DNA of 33,810 nt from an uncultured Rhodanobacteraceae bacterium. Its GTDB lineage: Bacteria > Pseudomonadota > Gammaproteobacteria > Xanthomonadales > Rhodanobacteraceae. The DNA is taken from the NCBI GenBank assembly GCA_964402805.1, contig CAYOEF010000005.1:1-33810 (forward strand), given 5' to 3'. Made by a program: the position numbers and the translations under genes. This document shows positions 10,350 through 17,557 of the stretch, piece after piece (positions within the stretch are counted from its first letter, which is position 1; the number at the start of each line of letters is the position of its first letter). Under the pieces are notes generated by a model. That model had not been told where the DNA came from and did no database searches. It saw only the letters and a program-made list of their open reading frames with translations.

Positions 10350-10372
10350 GCAACTGTATCCTGTTGGTCAGT

Positions 10373-11821
10373 TCAATCCGTGGACGCTTGGCAGCCCACG
10401 TAACCTTTGGCCTTCCACTTGTCGACGATGGCCTTGATCTGGGCCGCCGTATCCTTTACCGCCTGCTCGGGTGTCTTCACGCCACGCGCCGCCTGCGACA
10501 TCATCGTCGAAAGCAGATGGGTGTGCTGCACCTCGCTCACCGCCGGATTCGCAACGCCCGGATAACCTGGCCAGGCCGTCCATTCAGCCGCATTGCGCAA
10601 TACGTTGAGCTTGTTCGCCGGCTTGGAGCCAAACGGGTCGTGATCCAGCCAGCCGCCCTTCTCCCACAACTGCGGAACCGTCTTGGGGAAAGCCGGGAAA
10701 TCATACAACTGGCTTGCGTGCGTGACCCAACTGTAGTTGGCAACGAGGTCCAGCAGGAATTTCTTCGCCGCCAGAACCTGTTGCGGATCGGTGACGTATT
10801 TCGGCAACGAGTAGATGAACCACACGTGCGCGGTCTGGTGGACTTGCCCGCCCGGTCCCTTCAGGCCCGGCGTGAATCCGGTGTCATCGGCAACCTTGGC
10901 ACTAGATTTTTGCGCGGACCGATAGAACGAGATGGAGTTCTGGATGTACGACGCCTGCCCGGCGATGTACGCCTGGTTGTTGGAAGCGGCATTCCAGCTG
11001 AACACGGCCGGGGTTTCCGCACCCTTGAACAGTTTGGTCTGGTATTTGACCGCCTTGACCACCTGCGGTGAATCCAGCGTCACGTTGCCGCATTTGTCGA
11101 ATACGCGGCCACCGAATGACCAGATCAACGCGCGCGCATAAAACCCGGAATCGAGTTCCGGCGACATGCCCACGCCGACCGGGACGCCGGTCTTCTTGAA
11201 GATCTTCTTGCCGCCCTCGTAGAGATCGGCATACGTGTGCGGGCCGGTGGGATAACCCGCGTCCTTCCACAGCGACACGCGATAATCACCCGGATCCGGC
11301 ACCCAGCCGTGACAGAAGCCGTACCAGATATTCTTCACGGGCAGGTAGCTCTGGCTCTTGCAAACTTCCAGCTGTTTCCCGAATGCCTGTTGCGCGGCCT
11401 TGTTGACGTCGGCCAGGTTTTGCAGGCCTTCCACGAACGATGCCGGTGTCGAAATGGTTTCGTACAACGTGGCGCCCTTGCCGGCTGCAATGGCCGCGGT
11501 CATCGTCGGAACAAGGTCCGCCAGACTGATGTGCTGCACTGTGACCTTGACGTTGTTCTTCTTGCCCCAGGTCTGCGCATACTTGTCGAACCACGTATCG
11601 TAACTGGGAACGAAGTGGCTCCATTGGGTAATGCTGATGGACGTGCCGGCGGGAAACGTCGCCGGGAACGTCATGGAGCCGAACTTGTCGGGGAAGTGCA
11701 ACGGCGCCGGCTGTACCTCGGCCGCGGCCGCCCCGCCTGCCAACAACATCGCACATGCAAACACACTTCCGCGCAGCAGATATCTGCCGCGTGTCGAGTT
11801 TTTCATGGCTGAGCTTTTCAT
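10373..11821 (-). CDS. ABC transporter extracellular solute-binding protein (family 1), copy B
   Basis: Sec signal peptide ending AAAA; QWSHFVP, IWSFGG, W-x4-NN motifs; SD AGGAGG before ATG 11821. Confidence 0.9.
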   Translation of the reverse strand: MKSSAMKNSTRGRYLLRGSVFACAMLLAGGAAAAEVQPAPLHFPDKFGSMTFPATFPAGTSISITQWSHFVPSYDTWFDKYAQTWGKKNNVKVTVQHISLADLVPTMTAAIAAGKGATLYETISTPASFVEGLQNLADVNKAAQQAFGKQLEVCKSQSYLPVKNIWYGFCHGWVPDPGDYRVSLWKDAGYPTGPHTYADLYEGGKKIFKKTGVPVGVGMSPELDSGFYARALIWSFGGRVFDKCGNVTLDSPQVVKAVKYQTKLFKGAETPAVFSWNAASNNQAYIAGQASYIQNSISFYRSAQKSSAKVADDTGFTPGLKGPGGQVHQTAHVWFIYSLPKYVTDPQQVLAAKKFLLDLVANYSWVTHASQLYDFPAFPKTVPQLWEKGGWLDHDPFGSKPANKLNVLRNAAEWTAWPGYPGVANPAVSEVQHTHLLSTMMSQAARGVKTPEQAVKDTAAQIKAIVDKWKAKGYVGCQASTD

Positions 11822-12052
11822 GGCTGACCTCCTGTGAAATGGCGGATTCCGAAATTCACGTTCTTCCGAAGTCCCGCCTGCACCATGGACGCCCCCTTTG
11901 CCCGCGACACTGTCGCCACGGGTTTCCCGTCACATGCATGCCGGATGCACACCTCGACACGACCTCGTGGTCGAGGTTGACGGAATGGCACGAGCGATAA
12001 CGTTGACGCACGCAATCGTGCAAAACATCGCATCGCGCCATTCCATGCGGAC

Positions 12053-13483
12053 TCAGTCGGATGTCGCCTGGCAGCCGACGTCGCCCTTGTCCTTCCATTT
12101 CTGCACGATCTTGGCGATCTGCGCCGCCGTGTCCTTGACCGCCTGTTCGGGCGTTTTCGTGCCACGCACGGCATCGGACATCATGGTGGTGATGAGGTGG
12201 GTGTTGAACACCTCGCTGACCGCCGGATTGCTGAAACCTGGATAGCCCGGCCACGCCGTCCACTTGGTGGCGTCTTTCAGGACCTGGAGCTTGGTGTGCG
12301 GGGTCATGTCCGGTGCGTAGTCAAGCCAGCCGCCCTTGGCCCACAGTTGCGGCACGAGCTTGGGAAACGCCGGAAAGTTGTACAGCCCGCTCTTTTCCGT
12401 CACCCAGCTGTAATTGGCGGTGTAGTCAAGCAGGAATTTCTTGGCCGCCAGAACCTTTTGCGCATCCTTGACGTACTTGGGAAGCACGTAGGTGATGTAC
12501 AGATGCGAGGTCTGGTGCACCTGGCCGGTCGGTCCCTTGAGGCCCGGGCTGAAACCGGTATCCTTCGCGACCTTCGGGTTGGAGTGTTGCGCAGAGCGGA
12601 AGAACGATATCGAATTCTGGATGTAGGAAGCCTGGCCGGAAACGAACGCCTGGTTGTTCGATGCCGCGTTCCAGCTCAACACCGCCGGTGTCTGCGCATT
12701 CTTGAACAGCTTGACCTGGTATTTGACCGCATCGACCACCTGCGGTGAATCCAGCGCCACGTCGCCGCACTTGTCGAACACCTTGCCCCCGAACGACCAG
12801 ATCAGCGAACGGTCGAAGAATTCGGAGTCGATGTCCGGCGAAATGCCGACGCCGACCTCGATGCCGGTTTTCTTGAAGATCTTCGTGCCACCTTCCAGGA
12901 GGTCGGCGTAAGTCTTGGGGCCTTCCGGATAACCGGCTTCCTTCCAGAGGGAAATCCTGTAATCACCCGGGTCCGGCGCCCATCCATGGCAGAAGCCGTA
13001 ATACATGTTCTTCGATGGCAGGTAGGTCTGGCTCTTGCATACGTCGAGTTGCTTGCCGAATGCGGCCTCGGCGGCCTTGTTGACGTCGGTCAGGTCCTGC
13101 AGGCCTTCCACGAACGCGGCGGGCGGCGAAATGAGTTCCAGCAGGGTCGGACCGGAGCCGGCCGCCATGGAGGCGGTAAGCGTCGGGATGAGGTCGGCGT
13201 AGCTGATGTGGTTCACCGTCACCTTGACGTTGTTTTTCTTGCCCCATTCCTTGGCAAAGCTGTCAAACCACGGGTTGTAACTGGGAACGAAGTGGCTCCA
13301 CTGGGTAATGGTGATGGCGGTTCCGTCAGGAAACGTGGCGGGAAACGTCATGGAACCGAACGTGTTCGGGAAATGCACGGGTGTCGGTTTCAGCACCGCG
13401 GCCGATGCGGTGGCGGCCACCAGCGCCGTAAGCACGAAAGCACTGCCACACAGCAGAAGCTTTTTCTTTACCAGTCTTTTCAT
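12053..13483 (-). CDS. ABC transporter extracellular solute-binding protein (family 1), copy A
   Basis: Colinear paralogue of 10373..11821. ATG 13483 (MKRLVKKK) follows GGGGAG; signal peptide ends ASA. Confidence 0.9.
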   Translation of the reverse strand: MKRLVKKKLLLCGSAFVLTALVAATASAAVLKPTPVHFPNTFGSMTFPATFPDGTAITITQWSHFVPSYNPWFDSFAKEWGKKNNVKVTVNHISYADLIPTLTASMAAGSGPTLLELISPPAAFVEGLQDLTDVNKAAEAAFGKQLDVCKSQTYLPSKNMYYGFCHGWAPDPGDYRISLWKEAGYPEGPKTYADLLEGGTKIFKKTGIEVGVGISPDIDSEFFDRSLIWSFGGKVFDKCGDVALDSPQVVDAVKYQVKLFKNAQTPAVLSWNAASNNQAFVSGQASYIQNSISFFRSAQHSNPKVAKDTGFSPGLKGPTGQVHQTSHLYITYVLPKYVKDAQKVLAAKKFLLDYTANYSWVTEKSGLYNFPAFPKLVPQLWAKGGWLDYAPDMTPHTKLQVLKDATKWTAWPGYPGFSNPAVSEVFNTHLITTMMSDAVRGTKTPEQAVKDTAAQIAKIVQKWKDKGDVGCQATSD

Positions 13484-13735
13484 TACGAAATACTCCCCAG
13501 ATTTGCGATTTTTGCTCACGCGGTAGTCGGCGCCCGCCGCCACTCAAGCGACCGTATTGGAATATCACGCGGCAGGCTGGATCGCAAGCGCCCATCCCCA
13601 CCGCAAAGGCGGCCACAGTCCGGCAACCCTACCGCATGGCGCGCTTGACCGGCAACTGCACCCCGCCCTGCCGTCATGTGCACCAACACATGGACTACCA
13701 CCCCGAATGGCGATCCGGGTGTCCACACCCACGAT

Positions 13736-13785
13736 GGCCCCGCCGACAATGCCCCGGTAACCACGGGACACTGCCGATCGGGGCC
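13736..13785 (-). other. Long RNA hairpin just downstream of acs
   Basis: Minus strand GGCCCCG-A-UCGGCAGUGUCCCG-(7 nt)-CGGGGCAUUGUCGG-CGGGGCC: 21 bp with four G-U pairs and no following U-tract. Confidence 0.7.
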
Positions 13786-13802
13786 TTTGCGATTTTCGCC
13801 TT

Positions 13803-15857
13803 CTACTTGCCGTGCACCTGGATGCGAATCTGCTCGACCACTTCCGCATTGGCCAGGGTCGTGACGTCGCCGACATCACGTCCATTGGAAATGGCGCCAA
13901 GTACGCGGCGCATGATTTTGCCCGAACGCGTCTTGGGCATGTCCGGCACGATATGTACGGCGCTCGGCCGTGCGATCTTGCCGATTATGTCCTCGACCGC
14001 CTTCATGACGCTCTGTTCGACCGCCTTCGGGTCGGCACTGCCCGCACCGGCCCCGAGGGAAATGTAAACCTCGGGCACGCGTCCCTTGACGTCGTCCGCC
14101 ACCGGCACCACGGCGGCTTCCGCCACCTCCGGCACGGTCAGGCAAGCACTCTCGATTTCCTTGGTGCCAAGGCGATGCCCGGATACGTTGATCACATCGT
14201 CGATGCGGCCCAGCACACGGATGTAGCCGTCAGCGGCCAGCATGGCACCATCGCCGGACATGTAGGGCCAGTCGCGCCAGTCCTTGCTGTCCGGGTTCTT
14301 GCAGTAGTGACCGTAATAGGTTTTCACGAAGCGGTCGTCATCGCCCCAGATGGTCTGGATGATGCCGGGCCACGGATTGCGGATGCACAGGTTGCCGGCT
14401 TCGGACGAACCAGCCGGCAGCTCTTCGCCATTCTCGTCATAGACGACAGGGAAAATGCCGGGTACGCCAGGGCCGGCGCTGCCAGGTTTCATCTTGTCCA
14501 CCGCCGGCAGCGTGCTGCACAGGAATCCGCCATTTTCCGTTTGCCACCACGTGTCGACAATGACCGCCTCGTCCTTGCCGATCTGGTGGTAGTACCAGCG
14601 CCAGGCCTCCGGCTCGATGGGCTCGCCCACAGTGGTCATGTGCTTGAAATGGTGCCCGTACTTGCTGGGGCCCTCCGGATCGGCCTTGCGCAACGCGCGC
14701 ACCGCCGTCGGCGAGGTATGGAAGATGTTCACGCCCAGGCGAATGGCAATGCGCCATGGCCGTCCGGCATCGGGATAGGTCGGCGTGCCTTCGTACATGA
14801 CGCTGGTGGCAGCCAGGGCCAACGGCCCGTAGACGATGTACGAATGGCCGGTGATCCAGCCGATGTCGGCCATGCACCAGTAGGTGTCGGTCGGGTGGAT
14901 GTCCTGGAACACCTTGGAGGTACCGGCGACGTAGGCGAGATAACCACCGGTGCGGTGCTGGCACCCTTTCGGCTTGCCCGTGGTGCCGCTGGAATACATC
15001 AGGAACAGCGGGGCTTCGGAATCCATCGGTACCGGCTCGACGATCCGTCCCTTGTATTTCTTGAGGATGTCGTTGACGAACTCGTCGCGCCCCTCGACCA
15101 TCGGTGTTGCTGCGCTGTACTTGCCGGGGAAGCGTTGCCAGACCAGCACCTTGTCCACGTGTTGCCCGGCGCCCTCGGCGGTTTTCACGGCGATGTCGGC
15201 ATTGGCCTTGTGGTCAAGCAGCTTGCCGCTGCGATAGTAGGCATCCTGGGTGATGAGGATGCGGCTGCCCGAATCCTGGATGCGCTGGCCGCACGATTGC
15301 CCGGAAAAGCCCCCGAAGACCTGCGAATGGATCACGCCCAGGCGCGCGCAGGCAAGCATGGTGATGGGCAATTCGGGCGTCATCGGCAAATGCAGCGTCA
15401 CCCGGTCGCCGGCCTTGAGTCCGCAATGATCACGCAACAGCGCCGCCATCTCGTTGACGCGCACGTACAGCTCCTGGTACGTGATGGCCACCGGATCGTC
15501 TTCCTCGGGTTCGCTCTGGAAAATCAGGGCGGCCTTGTTGCGGTACTTCGGCAGATGACGATCCACGCAGTTGTAACAGGCGTTGATCTTGCCACCGACG
15601 AACCATTTCCAGAACGGCGGATTGCTGGTGTCGAGCACCTGCTTGTACGGCTCGGACCAGGTCAGGAGATCCGCGTATTCCTTGAAGCAATCCGGGAAGT
15701 TCTCGATGCTGAAGCGCTCGCGGATGCTGGCGTCCTTTACGTTGGCCTGTTCGATGAATGCCTGCGATGGCTGGAAATACTCTTCCTCGCGCCAATGAAC
15801 CGCAATCTGGGCCTCACTGGCACCCGTGGCTTCGTTTGTCCTGTCTTCATTTGCCAT
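13803..15857 (-). CDS. acs: Acetate--CoA ligase (AMP-forming acetyl-CoA synthetase)
   Basis: YSSGTTGKPKG, ADIGWITGHSY, VGEPI, DTWWQTE, GRIDD, PKTRSGKIMRR (acetylatable Lys). AGGAG before ATG 15857. Confidence 0.95.
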   Translation of the reverse strand: MANEDRTNEATGASEAQIAVHWREEEYFQPSQAFIEQANVKDASIRERFSIENFPDCFKEYADLLTWSEPYKQVLDTSNPPFWKWFVGGKINACYNCVDRHLPKYRNKAALIFQSEPEEDDPVAITYQELYVRVNEMAALLRDHCGLKAGDRVTLHLPMTPELPITMLACARLGVIHSQVFGGFSGQSCGQRIQDSGSRILITQDAYYRSGKLLDHKANADIAVKTAEGAGQHVDKVLVWQRFPGKYSAATPMVEGRDEFVNDILKKYKGRIVEPVPMDSEAPLFLMYSSGTTGKPKGCQHRTGGYLAYVAGTSKVFQDIHPTDTYWCMADIGWITGHSYIVYGPLALAATSVMYEGTPTYPDAGRPWRIAIRLGVNIFHTSPTAVRALRKADPEGPSKYGHHFKHMTTVGEPIEPEAWRWYYHQIGKDEAVIVDTWWQTENGGFLCSTLPAVDKMKPGSAGPGVPGIFPVVYDENGEELPAGSSEAGNLCIRNPWPGIIQTIWGDDDRFVKTYYGHYCKNPDSKDWRDWPYMSGDGAMLAADGYIRVLGRIDDVINVSGHRLGTKEIESACLTVPEVAEAAVVPVADDVKGRVPEVYISLGAGAGSADPKAVEQSVMKAVEDIIGKIARPSAVHIVPDMPKTRSGKIMRRVLGAISNGRDVGDVTTLANAEVVEQIRIQVHGK

Positions 15858-15990
15858 GACACTGACTCCTAAGCTGGTACGTGATACAACGCCATGGGCG
15901 CCTGTGCGCGCCCAGGCTTTCCAAACCATATCGCAGGGCGGACTCCGCGATTATTGCCGCGCGGTGGTTGCGCCTGGCCCGGCCGGCCGG

Positions 15991-16584
15991 CTAGCTCTTG
16001 GCGGTCGGGGCTCCTTCAGGGATTACTGTACCGCCAAACACCGAGTTGGTCACAATCGCGAAGCTGGTGTACATGGCAATCAACCCGCACAACAGGCCAA
16101 CCCAACCGCCGGCGAGCGACAGTCCGTGCGACCCGAACAACGCGCCAAAGCCAAGCAGGAAGTAGGTGATCCACAAGGTGAGAAAAATCCACCAAATGGC
16201 CTTTGCCAGGCGGAACGTGGCCACCCACATGTACAGCGTGAATACGCCCCAGCCAAGCAGCGTGACCGCGATCGTGCTGCCCGCATGGGACAGGTTCAGC
16301 ACGCCTTCGCCACCCAGTATCAACAAAACGGCGAACCATATCCAGAACGCCCCGTAACTCAGGAACGCAACCTGTCCAAAGGTATTGCCACAACGAAATT
16401 CCATGATCCCGGCCAGCATCTGCGTGGCGCCGCCGAATACCAGCGCCAGTGGAATGACGACCTGCTCGCCGCCGGCCGGCAACAGGCCGGCATTGACGAG
16501 GCTCAACATCACCGTGGTCAATCCGAAACAAACCAGCCCGAGCCCGGCTGGGTTGGCAAACGTGGGGGTGGATTGTTCAGCCAT
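15991..16584 (-). CDS. satP: Acetate uptake transporter, GPR1/FUN34/YaaH (SatP) family
   Basis: FANPAGLGL signature, GNTFG, SYGAFW, about six TM helices; GGGAGG SD. Confidence 0.93.
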   Translation of the reverse strand: MAEQSTPTFANPAGLGLVCFGLTTVMLSLVNAGLLPAGGEQVVIPLALVFGGATQMLAGIMEFRCGNTFGQVAFLSYGAFWIWFAVLLILGGEGVLNLSHAGSTIAVTLLGWGVFTLYMWVATFRLAKAIWWIFLTLWITYFLLGFGALFGSHGLSLAGGWVGLLCGLIAMYTSFAIVTNSVFGGTVIPEGAPTAKS

Positions 16585-16688
16585 GAGAGTGCCTCCCGTC
16601 TATGGTGGAATGGTGTTACACAACGTTGTCGCCCCTGCATTGCGCAGGCACTGCGTTGCAGTTTGAGCACATCGGCGGGCACGTAGCC

Positions 16689-16723
16689 ATTAGCGCTTGG
16701 TCTAAATTAGACAAAAGTCGAAT
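16689..16723. promoter_or_regulatory. Putative tandem CrbR (ErdR) binding sites upstream of satP-acs
   Basis: ATTAGAC-AAAA-GTCGAAT (16706-16723) plus adjacent degenerate ATTAGCG-CTTG-GTCTAAA (16689-16706). Matches the GAC-N4-GTC core I recall for CrbR. Confidence 0.72.
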
Positions 16724-16858
16724 AGGCGGCTCGACGGGCAGTCTGCGCCACGTCGCGCAGGCACCAACGGGGCACCGTGTAGAATCGGGTGCACCACCCG
16801 GCAACCGTCCCAAGGATCCGTCAACGCCACCACGCGCCATCCGCACGACGCCCGTCCC

Positions 16859-17533
16859 ATGCCCGACATCCTCATCGCCGACGATCATCCGCTGTTCCGT
16901 GACGCGCTCACGCGCGCCGTGCGTGATTCAATCGCGCACGCACGCGTACACGGTGCGACCAGCGTGAACGAGTTGCTGGCGCTGGCCGAGGCGACTACCG
17001 ATGCCGAGTTATTGCTGCTCGATTTGCACATTCCCGGGGCGCGCGGCTTTTCGGCGCTGGTGCACATTCGCCGGCATTACCCGGCGCTGCCGACCATCGT
17101 CATTTCCGCGCACGAGCAGGCCAGCGTGGCGCGCCGCGCCCTGGCCCACGGCGCCGCTGCGTACGTCCCCAAGTCGGCTTCGGTGGCCGACATCCGCGAA
17201 GCCATACGTGCCGTTCTCGATGGCGACATCTGGCTGCCACGGACCTTTCCCGCCCCCGACGTGGTCCTCGATACCGGCGAAGCGGACGCCGCCAGCCGCA
17301 TCGCCACGCTCACGCCGCAGCAATTCCGGGTCATGTCGATGGTGGCCGACGGCAAGCTCAACAAGCAGATCGCCTGGGAAGTCGGTGTTTCCGAAGCCAC
17401 CGTAAAGGCCCACATGACGGCCATCATGCGCAAGCTCGGCGTCGGCAATCGCACCCAGGTCGCCCTGCTGGCCAGCACGCTGGAAGTGAGCGAGGAATAC
17501 CTGTCCGAACAGTTGCCCGACGATGCCGGGTGA
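16859..17533 (+). CDS. crbR: NarL/LuxR-family response regulator, CrbR/ErdR-like
   Basis: REC domain (IADDHPLFR, LLLLDLHIPG) plus LuxR HTH (LTPQQFRV...LNKQIA...SEATVKAH); next to crbS and acs. Confidence 0.85.
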   Translation: MPDILIADDHPLFRDALTRAVRDSIAHARVHGATSVNELLALAEATTDAELLLLDLHIPGARGFSALVHIRRHYPALPTIVISAHEQASVARRALAHGAAAYVPKSASVADIREAIRAVLDGDIWLPRTFPAPDVVLDTGEADAASRIATLTPQQFRVMSMVADGKLNKQIAWEVGVSEATVKAHMTAIMRKLGVGNRTQVALLASTLEVSEEYLSEQLPDDAG

Positions 17534-17557
17534 TTCGCGCCCCGGCCCGTGCCGCGA

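Noticed and set aside
11904-11916. Possible CrbR box upstream of SBP copy B (GCGACACTGTCGC)
   Set aside because: Spacing is GAC-N3-GTC, not N4, and the AT-rich flanks are missing.
13812-15872. 686-aa plus-strand ORF
   Set aside because: Antisense shadow of acs.
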